Assembly (NCBI GenBank): GCA_944388955.1
Contig: CALXKJ010000007.1
Span: 57,671-121,670 of the forward strand
Origin: an uncultured Spirochaetaceae bacterium
Lineage (GTDB): Bacteria; Spirochaetota; Spirochaetia; Sphaerochaetales; Sphaerochaetaceae
DNA length: 64,000 bases
Direction of reading: 5' to 3'
Below are positions 1 through 8,674 of this stretch, piece by piece (the first letter of the stretch is position 1; every line of letters begins with the position of its first letter). The translations under genes and the position numbers were made by a program. Below the pieces are notes generated by a model. It was given only the letters and a program-made list of their open reading frames with translations, did not search any database and had not been told where the DNA came from.

Positions 1-1
1 G

Positions 2-385
2 AACGGGTATTTAGAGGCTGGAAGAAGGCGTGTAAGCCAGAAAGGAAGACTGATTGCCAGCCCTGGTGGCTTCTATAGGAATGCACAGTCTTTTGATGAA
101 GACATGGTAAGTTGCTCATGCGATGTAGAGGAATTTGATGAAAAATCCGAATCAAATCCAACTTGTAAAAGAAAAACGAAGTCGCGTTGCATTTCTTTCA
201 GTAATATAAAGATAATTGCTGAAGCAGGTTTTCCTGAATTGGGATCCTGTATGGATTTCTCGACGAAAATGATGTATATTGCTGATTGGATAAAGACCCT
301 CGCACGCCTCCTGACAATGCGTACCATGCGGGGGCCGAATTTTTATAAGATATGCCGCCAGAAAACTTGTCCTGAAGGTTATTGA
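2..385 (+). pseudogene. Edge-truncated ORF: RadC-like N-terminal fragment fused to unrelated Cys-rich sequence (probable radC remnant)
   Basis: Frame 2 is open from the window edge to TGA 383-385. nt 11-60 match nt 857-906 inside the intact radC at 44/50 positions (hand alignment). Encoded LEAGRRRVSQKGRLIASP vs LELGRRRVSQKGRLIVSP. No JAB/MPN motif follows. Confidence 0.4.
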
Positions 386-525
386 CGTTCTCTGATAACG
401 AAGAATGGAAGTCGTATGTCATCCCTGAAATGAAGCGTTTGTTTTATGAGTATGAGAATACAATAGATCTCAAGGATCTTGGTTTTCCAGCTGACTGGGA
501 AAAAGCTCTGAAGCGGGGTATTTAA
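382..525 (+). CDS. Hypothetical small ORF (TTG start, 47 aa) or C-terminal remnant of a decayed gene
   Basis: Frame 1 is open 376-525. The translation FSDNEEWKSYVIPEMKRLFYEYENTIDLKDLGFPADWEKALKRGI looks protein-like, but there is no ATG and no family I recognise. Confidence 0.2.
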   Translation: MTFSDNEEWKSYVIPEMKRLFYEYENTIDLKDLGFPADWEKALKRGI

Positions 526-580
526 CGTATTGTACATTATAATTCTTACCAAACCAGCCACATAATGCGTATAGATTGAT

Positions 581-1264
581 ATGAGGAAATATCATATCGG
601 GAACGAGTACGCGGTATTCAGGGAAACGCGGCTGGAAGACAGGCCACGTGAAAGGATTGAGCGGCTTGGCTCAGAAGCTCTTACAGATAAGGAGCTCCTG
701 ATGCTGCTCATAGGCTCTGGTAATCAGGGGAGGGCTGTCGATGAGATAGCTTCCGATCTTCTTGAGTATCTTGATAAGAATCCAGCTCTGACGATGCAAT
801 CCATATTGCAGATTCCTGGGATAGGGAAAGCCAAGGCATCAGCCATTGATGCAGCTTTGGAGCTTGGAAGAAGGCGAGTAAGCCAGAAAGGGAGACTGAT
901 TGTCAGTCCCAGGGATATCTACAGGGAAGTGCAGCATTATGCCTCAAGGACGCAAGAGCATCTTGTTGTGGTGCTTCTGAATGGTGCACATGAGGTTATA
1001 AGCACATTTGTAGCGACTATAGGCCTCCTCAACAGGACGATAGTCCATCCACGGGAAGTGTTTTCCGATGCGATAAGCCGCCGGGCTGCTGCGATAGCCA
1101 TTGCGCATAACCATCCATCGGGCAATATAGAGCCTTCGGATGATGACAAAGATGTGACATCAAGGATTGTAAAAGCAGGTGAAATCCTCGGAATCAAAGT
1201 GCTTGATCATCTGGTATTCACAGATGAGCAGTATTTCTCATTCCTTGAGCATGGGCTGATGTGA
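581..1264 (+). CDS. radC: RadC-family JAB/MPN domain protein (UPF0758)
   Basis: 227-aa ORF with N-terminal LTDKELLMLLIGSG and IPGIGKAKA (HhH-like) and a C-terminal HNHPSGNIEPSDDD JAMM-like motif. Length is typical of RadC. Confidence 0.9.
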   Translation: MRKYHIGNEYAVFRETRLEDRPRERIERLGSEALTDKELLMLLIGSGNQGRAVDEIASDLLEYLDKNPALTMQSILQIPGIGKAKASAIDAALELGRRRVSQKGRLIVSPRDIYREVQHYASRTQEHLVVVLLNGAHEVISTFVATIGLLNRTIVHPREVFSDAISRRAAAIAIAHNHPSGNIEPSDDDKDVTSRIVKAGEILGIKVLDHLVFTDEQYFSFLEHGLM

Positions 1265-1314
1265 ATATATATCTTGAAATATATATTTATCTGATATATT
1301 TATATGAGAGAGGT

Positions 1315-1594
1315 ATGAATATCCTCACAATGGATGGAAGGTTCGAGTGGGACAGTCGGAAGAACAAAGAGAATATGAGAAAGCATAATATCAGATTTGC
1401 AGAGATTCTAAGTGTATTTGATGATCCATTCCCAAAATGAAGACAGATATATTGCCATCGGTGCAGTGCAGGGTTGTCTTCTTGTGTTTGTTTGCTTTTC
1501 GGAGCGGAACGGCAGAATTCGGCTGATCAGCGCAAGACGTTGCAATCCTAAAGAGAAGGAGGTTTATTCCAAGAATGTCCAAAGGTTTATCTGA
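1315..1594 (+). pseudogene. brnT: BrnT-family (DUF497) toxin disrupted by frameshift or internal deletion
   Basis: ATG 1315 in frame 1 gives GRFEWDSRKNKENMRKHNIRFAEILSVFDDPF, then TGA 1438-1440. The conserved C-terminal half HSQNEDRYIAIG...GRIRLISARRCNPKEKEVY continues in frame 2 (ORF 1412-1594). Confidence 0.7.
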
Positions 1595-1850
1595 TAAAAG
1601 AATCAGTGAGATAGAAGCAACACCTATTGTCTATGATGAGGATTCACCCAAACTTTCAGATGAAGAGCTTTCCAGATTCCGCCCTGCCATGGAAATCCAT
1701 CCAGAATGGTTCATGGTAACCCCAAAGAAGAAGCGGATATCCATTCTCATCGATGTTGACATTATCGAAACGCTTAAGTCAGAGGGCAGAGGGTATCAGA
1801 CTAGAATCAACACAATTCTCAGAGAAGCTGTATTCGGTGAGAAACACTGA
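1575..1850 (+). CDS. brnA: BrnA-family antitoxin (DUF4415/COG3514)
   Basis: 91 aa. C-terminal KKRISILIDVDIIETLKSEGRGYQTRINTILREAV matches the BrnA signature. It overlaps the brnT 3' end, in the usual toxin-first order. Confidence 0.75.
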   Translation: MSKGLSDKRISEIEATPIVYDEDSPKLSDEELSRFRPAMEIHPEWFMVTPKKKRISILIDVDIIETLKSEGRGYQTRINTILREAVFGEKH

Positions 1851-1981
1851 GCGTTGTGATTAGGTCCCTGGTATTTTCTCTGACATTGGATATCATTAGC
1901 AGTAATTTCAAAGCAATATTTATGTGCATTGCATTTGCGAAATCAGTAAATAATGCTATATCTTAATCAGGCGAGTATGGT

Positions 1982-2254
1982 ATGCCGACACAGAAAAGCA
2001 ATCTTACGATTCGTATAGAGCCAGAACTAAAGAAGGAGGCCTCAGCTCTCTTCAGATCTTTAGGCTTAGATTTGAGCACAGCAACCGGCATTTTCTATCG
2101 TCAGGCCCTCAGATGCCATGGCCTTCCATTTGAAGTCAAGCTGGATGCACCCAATGAGATTGCATACAAAGCAATGGATGATGCAGAAAATGATAGAGAT
2201 ATGCATGGCCCTTATAACAGTGTAAAGGAGCTCATGGAGGCTCTCAATACTTAA
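1982..2254 (+). CDS. RelB/DinJ-family antitoxin
   Basis: 90 aa. N-terminal NLTIRIEPELKKEASALFRSLGLDLSTATGIFYRQAL is the RelB/DinJ ribbon-helix-helix pattern. Confidence 0.85.
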   Translation: MPTQKSNLTIRIEPELKKEASALFRSLGLDLSTATGIFYRQALRCHGLPFEVKLDAPNEIAYKAMDDAENDRDMHGPYNSVKELMEALNT

Positions 2255-2570
2255 GCCTGAATTCACTGGCCAGTTCAAGAAAGATTATAAACTTGCAGTG
2301 AAAAGAGGCTGCAGACCAGAGAAGCTGGAAGATGCAATCACTCTTTCATGCGAAGAGAAACCTCTTCCGGAGAAATTCGGGGATCACCAATTGCAGAATT
2401 CACGGAATTACAAAGGCATGAGGGAATGTCATATAGAGCCGGACTGGCTTCTGATATACAGGATTGAAGCAGAAAGGCTTATTCTTGAACTTATCAGGAC
2501 AGGAACACATAGCGATTTGTCTGACCAAAGCAGCAAATATGGCATACATCAGATAATTCTAGTTCAATGA
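2247..2570 (+). CDS. yafQ: YafQ-family mRNA interferase toxin, probably defective (no canonical start; altered C-terminus)
   Basis: Conserved KPEFTGQFKKDYKLAVKRG...RECHIEPDWLLIYR...RTGTHSDL. The first canonical start (GTG 2298) lies downstream of the conserved FKKDYK segment. In-frame upstream there are only ATA 2247 and CTT 2250, after GGAGG 2236-2240. The usual terminal ...HSDLF-stop is replaced by ...HSDLSDQ plus a 16-aa extension. Confidence 0.7.
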   Translation: MLKPEFTGQFKKDYKLAVKRGCRPEKLEDAITLSCEEKPLPEKFGDHQLQNSRNYKGMRECHIEPDWLLIYRIEAERLILELIRTGTHSDLSDQSSKYGIHQIILVQ

Positions 2571-2776
2571 AGACGAACAGATTTTCCTGTAAATGAAAGC
2601 ATGGATAATTACCATAAGCCAAATTTGATGATTGCATCATCACGTATATCCAAACACATCTGGTAGCAAGGACATTCAGTTGCAAAGCAGATATGCTTCC
2701 GCACTGACAGGAAAACAGAAACAGCGGAATAAAAATAGCTTCCATTCTCAAGATGCTGTATCGGTGACGGAAAAGA

Positions 2777-3646
2777 ATGTTTGAGATAATATCACCATGT
2801 ATGAAAACAGCTGTTATCGATGTGGGCGGCGGCATGAGAGCTGTCTATGGAGCGGGAATATATGACTATCTGATGGATAATGATCTTTATCCATTCTCAC
2901 TTGGGCTCGGTGTGTCAGCGGGCGCTGCTGATATAGCGACTTATTTCGCAAAGCAGAGAGGCCGTGTGCTTAGATATTACACAATCTATCCGAAGCGGAA
3001 GGAGTATATGGGACTCTATCCGCTTCTTAAGCATGGCACATTCATGAATCTCAAATATATCTATGAGGATCTTTCTCTTCCTGGATGCGAGGATCCTTTC
3101 GATAGCGATGCCTTCCTCAAGTCGCCGTCTGACATGTATTTTGTTACTACAAACGCAGCTACAGGAAAGCCTGAGTATTTTCCCAAGTCCTCTATAAAAA
3201 CAGGAGACCTCACAATACTGGAGGCGACTGCAGCTCTTCCTGTCGCATGCAAACCGATAAGAATCGGGGATAACGAGTATTTCGATGGCGGTATATCGGA
3301 TCCGATACCATACAGAAAGGCGTTTGAGCTTGGTGCGGATAAAGTCGTTGTCATACTGACAAAGCCAAAGGAGATGCGGCGTGACCCCGATAAAGACAGA
3401 TGGGTTGTCAGGGCACTGTCGCGCAAGCATCCGGAAACTGGGAAGGCGATGGCACTCCGTGCTGAGGTATACAACCGCGAGATGGATGGCATGGATGAAT
3501 ATGAGAAATCTGGAAGGCTTCTTGTTATAGCTCCAGATGACACATGTGGCGTGACCACACTCCGTCATACAGATGAGAGCATCATGAAGCTTTATAGCAA
3601 AGGCTATAAGGATGCTGAGAGGATAATGCCGTTTCTTGAGGAGTAA
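2777..3646 (+). CDS. Patatin-like phospholipase family protein
   Basis: Motifs GGGMRAVYGAG (oxyanion), GVSAGA (GxSxG nucleophile) and DGGISDP (catalytic Asp). The real start may be ATG 2801 (MKTAVIDVGGG). Confidence 0.85.
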   Translation: MFEIISPCMKTAVIDVGGGMRAVYGAGIYDYLMDNDLYPFSLGLGVSAGAADIATYFAKQRGRVLRYYTIYPKRKEYMGLYPLLKHGTFMNLKYIYEDLSLPGCEDPFDSDAFLKSPSDMYFVTTNAATGKPEYFPKSSIKTGDLTILEATAALPVACKPIRIGDNEYFDGGISDPIPYRKAFELGADKVVVILTKPKEMRRDPDKDRWVVRALSRKHPETGKAMALRAEVYNREMDGMDEYEKSGRLLVIAPDDTCGVTTLRHTDESIMKLYSKGYKDAERIMPFLEE

Positions 3647-4092
3647 TGATGGGGCGCTACAGGATAGGTGAAATCGCGAAGCTTTCAGGCTTATCGCTAA
3701 GGACAATAAGGTACTATGAGGAAGAAGGCCTTATAAAGGCATCTCGCACTGATGGCGGCCAGAGATGGTACCGCGATGAGGATCTTGTATACCTGAGGCG
3801 GATTATCGAGCTCAAGGGGCTTGGTTTCTCGCTTTCTGAAATCAGAAGAATATTCCAGATGAAAGACGAGGATGCAAGCGGGAACAAACGGCGTGAGGCT
3901 CTTCTTGCTGAATACAGGAAAAAACTCGATGAGGACAGGGCGAGAATAAGAAAGCTGCAAGCTCATATTGATGAGCTTGAATGGCATGTCCATCAGCTGG
4001 AGAAAGCAGAAGGTGGATTCACGGAGTGTCCTGGTGCGCTCTGCGCCTCATGCCAGTACAGCTCAAGATGCATCTTCTTCAGGAAAGGCTGA
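3646..4092 (+). CDS. MerR-family transcriptional regulator with C-terminal Cys cluster
   Basis: N-terminal YRIGEIAKLSGLSLRTIRYYEEEGLI HTH, a coiled-coil region, then CPGALCASCQYSSRC. Confidence 0.85.
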   Translation: MMGRYRIGEIAKLSGLSLRTIRYYEEEGLIKASRTDGGQRWYRDEDLVYLRRIIELKGLGFSLSEIRRIFQMKDEDASGNKRREALLAEYRKKLDEDRARIRKLQAHIDELEWHVHQLEKAEGGFTECPGALCASCQYSSRCIFFRKG

Positions 4093-4906
4093 GAAGAAGA
4101 TTTGCTATATCATAGCTGAGAGAAGCGATTGCTTCCCCTGATTTCTGAGGAAACGTTTTTCCGAAATACATGCATTCATAATTGAGATAACCTTTATAGC
4201 TCTCATTGAAAGCTTCCATTGCGGATTCCCAGTCTATTGTGCCGAAGAATGGCAGAAGATGCTCATCTTTATGCCCGTTATTGTCGGCAATGTGCGTAGC
4301 TATGAGATAATCCCCGGCCCTGTGTATGAAATCAGGGATGGAGTGTCCGCACATATGCGCATGGCCTGTATCGAGGCAGATTCCGGCTCTCCCGGAGAGT
4401 GCATCCACAATCTGCAGAAGCTCATCCACGCTGTTTATCTCATCTTTTGTTTCCATGTTCTCGATAGCGATTGTGATATTCCCTTCGTGTTTGCCGAGAA
4501 TGGATGAGAAGTAATCGATATTCTCCTTGATACTTCCTTTTATCGGATGGATGACAGCAACTGGAATTCCAAGTGATTCTGAGAAAGAGAGCGCCTTGAG
4601 AATGGCTTCATCTGACTTCGCCTTTCCATCCTCGTCCAGTGCCGTGTAATTCTGAGGATAGGGAACATGGGATTGTATGAATGAGACATTGCATGTCCGG
4701 CCTATCTCTCTGATTCTTTCAATATATGAGAATGCATTATCAGTATTAAGCTCCGACTTCGGATTCATCATTTCGCAGAAATTCAAATCAGCATATCTGA
4801 ATCCTGCCTTGCTGAGCATAGGGATGATCTCATCCATCGTCCTATGCCCATCGGAAGAAAACGCCAGGAGATTAGTGTTAGTCGATATTCTGAGCTCTGT
4901 ATTCAT
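4079..4906 (-). CDS. Sugar phosphate isomerase/epimerase (xylose isomerase-like TIM barrel)
   Basis: The ORF translation has the family pattern (ISTNTN..., IAIENME, CLDTGHAHM, THIADNNG). Start taken at MNTELRIST (4906); the maximal ORF reaches 4939. Confidence 0.75.
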   Translation of the reverse strand: MNTELRISTNTNLLAFSSDGHRTMDEIIPMLSKAGFRYADLNFCEMMNPKSELNTDNAFSYIERIREIGRTCNVSFIQSHVPYPQNYTALDEDGKAKSDEAILKALSFSESLGIPVAVIHPIKGSIKENIDYFSSILGKHEGNITIAIENMETKDEINSVDELLQIVDALSGRAGICLDTGHAHMCGHSIPDFIHRAGDYLIATHIADNNGHKDEHLLPFFGTIDWESAMEAFNESYKGYLNYECMYFGKTFPQKSGEAIASLSYDIANLLLSLS

Positions 4907-6179
4907 CGATTGCCCTCTGGATAAGCGTGGCCATATCATGAACAGCCTCGTCGATATCCTTCCCGTCCTCAGTGACAGCTCTTATCTCGCTCTGGAATGA
5001 ATAATATATCTGATAAGCCGAAGGAAGCCATATGCTCGTCACAGCCGGGTTCGATTGAAGCATCTGCTCAGTTGCGACCTTGAATGCTGGGTTCTCATCG
5101 AGGAATGCCAGATATTCAGGATTATCATAAAGCGCGGTGTTGATAGCGAGGTACCCCGTATCCTCCGCCCATTTCATCTGCACATCCTGTGATACAAAGT
5201 ATTCAATGACAGTCTTCACGGCATCTGATGAGTCAAAGAGAAAGAAGGCCCCACCTCCGATGTTAACGCCGCCTGTTGCCTCTTCGTCTGTCATTGGCAC
5301 GAATGCCGTGCCGACTTCAAACCTTCCGCCTACTGTATTGATGACAGCTGTAAGGCTGGAGGAAGAGGCGAGCATTGTTGCAGTTCTTCCCGCCGCGAAT
5401 TCCGTGCTTATACCTGATGTGATGTTGTTCACGAAGCCTGTATCATAGAGGGCTTTCCAATGCCCGAGGAAATTTCTGAACGTGCCATCCTCCTCAAAGA
5501 GTACCTTTGAAGGTGTCCCCATGTGTCCATTCTTCTCATCGACGATATACGACAATCCTTTCTGCGCTCCGATGAATGCACCAAGCTCATATGTGGCTGG
5601 AACACCAGCAAAGGCGTAGCGTGTCACCTTTCCTGTGCTGTCTTTCTCTCCGAGAAGCGGTGCGATAGCAGCAAAATCATCAAGAGTCTCTGGTGGATTG
5701 AGTGAAAGCGAATCAAAAAGCGTTTTGTTGTAATAGAAGAGCAGCGATGACGCATTGAAGGGGACACCAAGAAGTCCTTTATCTGACATGAGGGCTTCTA
5801 TCGCGGCAGGATGTATTTCCGATATCTCTATATCTGCGCTTTCTGGAAGGATGAGATAATCCGCATTGCGCATATCCAGGCATGCTGTTGCATCAAGCTG
5901 CGCGATATCCGGAAGTGATGATATGTCAGCGGAAGCCGCGGCTTTCACTTTCGTAAGCACATCATTCGCAAGCCCCTGATAGATAGCTTCAATGACGATG
6001 CCTTTCTCTTCTCCGATTGTGCTGTTGAAGTCATCGACAATCTCATCAAATGCTGTCCCTGAAGGTCCTGAATTCGAATGCCAGATTTCGACAACTGTCT
6101 TGCCGCTTTCCTTGCTTCCCCTCGCAAAGAGCATCATTCCCGCCATAAGCAGCAATGATAACGCAATCATCTTTTTCAT
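4878..6179 (-). CDS. ABC transporter substrate-binding protein (family 1, carbohydrate type)
   Basis: 433 aa with an N-terminal signal peptide, MKKMIALSLLLMAGMMLFARGSKES. Size and composition are typical of CUT1 binding proteins, and it is adjacent to two permeases. Confidence 0.8.
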   Translation of the reverse strand: MKKMIALSLLLMAGMMLFARGSKESGKTVVEIWHSNSGPSGTAFDEIVDDFNSTIGEEKGIVIEAIYQGLANDVLTKVKAAASADISSLPDIAQLDATACLDMRNADYLILPESADIEISEIHPAAIEALMSDKGLLGVPFNASSLLFYYNKTLFDSLSLNPPETLDDFAAIAPLLGEKDSTGKVTRYAFAGVPATYELGAFIGAQKGLSYIVDEKNGHMGTPSKVLFEEDGTFRNFLGHWKALYDTGFVNNITSGISTEFAAGRTATMLASSSSLTAVINTVGGRFEVGTAFVPMTDEEATGGVNIGGGAFFLFDSSDAVKTVIEYFVSQDVQMKWAEDTGYLAINTALYDNPEYLAFLDENPAFKVATEQMLQSNPAVTSIWLPSAYQIYYSFQSEIRAVTEDGKDIDEAVHDMATLIQRAIDEYRAQNID

Positions 6180-6988
6180 ACGCTTTCACCTTCCTTTATA
6201 TCCATTGAGTCCATTATTTTCTTTCTCAGAATCTGCAGCATGATAATAAACGGTGCTGTGATCATGACAATCGAAGCGAATTCAGCACCGGCGTCACCTG
6301 TCTCTGAAAAACCGAGCATCGTTATTCCTACCTGCACAGTCCTCATTCTTGGTCTGTTTGTCACCAATAACGGCCAGAGATAGCTGCCGAAAGATGTTAT
6401 GAATGTCTGTATGAATACTGTAGCTGACACCGCTGCTGTCAGATGGATGAGAATCCCGGTTATGTATCTGATATCCCCAGCCCCATCGAGGCGTGCCGCA
6501 TCGTATACGTCCCTGTCATATGATGAGAAAGCCCCAATCATGAATAGCAGTGATGATGCTGAGAATACTGATGGCAGTATTATTCCCCAGTAGGTGTCAA
6601 TCAATCCCGCTCTAGCGATAGTCGAATAATTCTGGAAGAGTATCGCGTCGTAGGGGATGAACAGCGTTGACAGAAGCATGATGAGAATGACTTTCTTTCC
6701 TTTGAATGAAAGATGGGTGAATGCGAACGCAGCCATTGTCGTCACGATAAGGCGGAAAAACGCCGCCATCAGTGATGTGATAATTGAATTGAGAGCATAG
6801 CGCGGGAAGTACCTGTTGGCGGAGGCAGTCACGTAATTCTCGAAAGTGAATGCAGATGGGAAAAAATGAGCATAGCTATCTGTGAAATCCACATTCTGGA
6901 AGAATGAAAGCGAGATGGTATACGCCATCGGAAAAAGGATTATCATCCCGATAATACCAAGAAGCAGGATCCTCAGCGCTTTAAGCAT
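6176..6988 (-). CDS. Carbohydrate ABC transporter permease
   Basis: 270 aa, multi-TM, with the EAA-like loop DAARLDGAGDIRYITGILIHL. Overlaps its neighbours by 4-8 nt. Confidence 0.85.
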   Translation of the reverse strand: MLKALRILLLGIIGMIILFPMAYTISLSFFQNVDFTDSYAHFFPSAFTFENYVTASANRYFPRYALNSIITSLMAAFFRLIVTTMAAFAFTHLSFKGKKVILIMLLSTLFIPYDAILFQNYSTIARAGLIDTYWGIILPSVFSASSLLFMIGAFSSYDRDVYDAARLDGAGDIRYITGILIHLTAAVSATVFIQTFITSFGSYLWPLLVTNRPRMRTVQVGITMLGFSETGDAGAEFASIVMITAPFIIMLQILRKKIMDSMDIKEGESV

Positions 6989-7868
6989 CCTTCCTCCTCA
7001 GCACCGCGATGATGCCCATTATTATTGCGGAAGTAATGACCATCATGGAGCTTATTGCGCTTTCATACGCTCTGTTGCCGCTCTTGAATGCCTCAAGATA
7101 GTAGAAATACATGATAGTCTCTGTCGATCTGAAAGGACCGCCTTCCGTGAGAATCATCACTGGTGCGGATATCAGGATGGCATCTTTTAATGCCATGAAG
7201 ACTGTTATTGAGAGCATTGTGGCAATCATCGGTGTTTCAATCGCGAAAAGCTTACGCACCTCACCAGCACCATCTATCTCGGCGGCCTCAATCACACTCC
7301 TGTCTATAGAGCGGAATGCCGCAGTAAGAAGAATGTAATCGATAGCGAAATCGAGGAAGAGGCCAAGAATGACAAGCACAGCCATGGCGCTTCCAGGTCT
7401 GTCGAGCCAGAGAAGGGAAGTATGGAGTATCCTGTTGATGATGCTCACTTCTCCCCGGAATATCTCCTTGAATACAAGCGCGAATGCCGATAGCGAGAAG
7501 GCAAGCGGGGTTATGAAAATAGCTTCCATAATCCATGTGCATTTCCTTCTCCTTCTGGTAAGCGCTGCGGCAAGGAATGTCATTACCGTGTTCAGCGGAA
7601 GAAAATACAGCGTGAAGCGTAGTGTATTGCCTATGCTTGAGATGAATGCCTTGTCTTCAAATAACGTTTTGTAATTATCGAGACCTGCGAAACCGATAGC
7701 TTTCCCCGATTGTGATATCGTCAGGAATGAGCTGACGAATGTTTTGAGGAAAGGAATGACAGAAAAGCATAGTGCCAGCGCTATAGCTGGCATAATGAAA
7801 AGATATGCTTTTGCTGTCTCTCTTTGTTTCACGTTAGATAATCTACGTATATAGAGAGCAAAAATCAA
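6981..7868 (-). CDS. Carbohydrate ABC transporter permease
   Basis: 295 aa, multi-TM, with the EAA loop EAAEIDGAGEVRKLFAIETP. Confidence 0.85.
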   Translation of the reverse strand: MIFALYIRRLSNVKQRETAKAYLFIMPAIALALCFSVIPFLKTFVSSFLTISQSGKAIGFAGLDNYKTLFEDKAFISSIGNTLRFTLYFLPLNTVMTFLAAALTRRRRKCTWIMEAIFITPLAFSLSAFALVFKEIFRGEVSIINRILHTSLLWLDRPGSAMAVLVILGLFLDFAIDYILLTAAFRSIDRSVIEAAEIDGAGEVRKLFAIETPMIATMLSITVFMALKDAILISAPVMILTEGGPFRSTETIMYFYYLEAFKSGNRAYESAISSMMVITSAIIMGIIAVLRRKDA

Positions 7869-7964
7869 TAGGAAATATATGTTAATTATATATTATACAA
7901 TAAAATATATAACGTATAAAAACCTAACGTAATATTTATGATTGTTAGCTTTTGTTTTGTATCT

Positions 7965-8228
7965 TCATAAAACATCAGAACATGTCACGCATTTCCACTC
8001 AGCAATCTCTCTTGTCTCTGATGATATCGAGAGTCCTATCTTGTGAATGGTTATCCCTTGCTTCTTGAGATACGCATAGCGTCCTGCATAGTCCTTCTCC
8101 TCAATCTGCTTCAGTGCATCATCCGCGCTCCCGTCCACCTTCAATTCGAATATCCACAAGTGCTTTCCCGCCGCCACGACAGTGTCTATCCTTCCCCTAT
8201 ATGTCCGCTTCTCGAAGTCATTGGGCAC
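7965..8228 (-). pseudogene. C-terminal fragment of an AAA-ATPase-like/PD-(D/E)XK (PDDEXK_9) protein
   Basis: 87 aa. GRIDTVVAAGKHLWIFELKVDGSADDALKQIEEKDY...IHKIGLSISSETREIAEWK aligns with the last ~85 aa of the 530-aa protein at 14164-15756. An in-frame stop lies immediately upstream, and no N-terminal ATPase part is present. Confidence 0.7.
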
Positions 8229-8674
8229 TAAGTGTTACCCTATATGGGCGCATATCATCGCTGTTGCAGTTACTCTGTCTTGATGCAGTTGCCCTGTCAA
8301 CGTTGCACTTCACTTGTCACTTCACCAAAGACTATAGAGTTTTTCATAACTCTGTAAATCAGGATGAATATACACCCGGAATCGGATGAATATGCATTTT
8401 AGATGGAAATATCTTCTGAAACGGACTTTTTCCATGTTTTCTATAATTCAGTCCGGTTCAGACCATGTTTTCGGATTTGTTTTGCTTAAAGATGTAGAGT
8501 AACTCCTATCTCTAAAAAGTATTGCTTCTGGATTCGGATGATTTGAAAACATAGCAGGGCTGATGATTATGAAAGTCATTTCATATGACGTTTTTCGCCA
8601 TCTGAACAATATGATGGATTATTGTCACCAACTACAGTAAACTGATAGAAGATTCCAAAAGGAGGAATGAGAGA

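Noticed and set aside
2777-3646. Patatin genes (here and at 57183-58301) as CapV-like CBASS effectors
   Set aside because: No CD-NTase/cyclase gene or other CBASS accessory gene is adjacent to either copy. The neighbours are a MerR regulator, a radical SAM gene and a nucleosidase gene.
2915-3706. 263-aa and 165-aa ORFs antisense to the patatin gene
   Set aside because: The plus-strand frame carries all three patatin catalytic motifs. The antisense translations are low-complexity or Ser/Arg/Cys-rich with no motifs.
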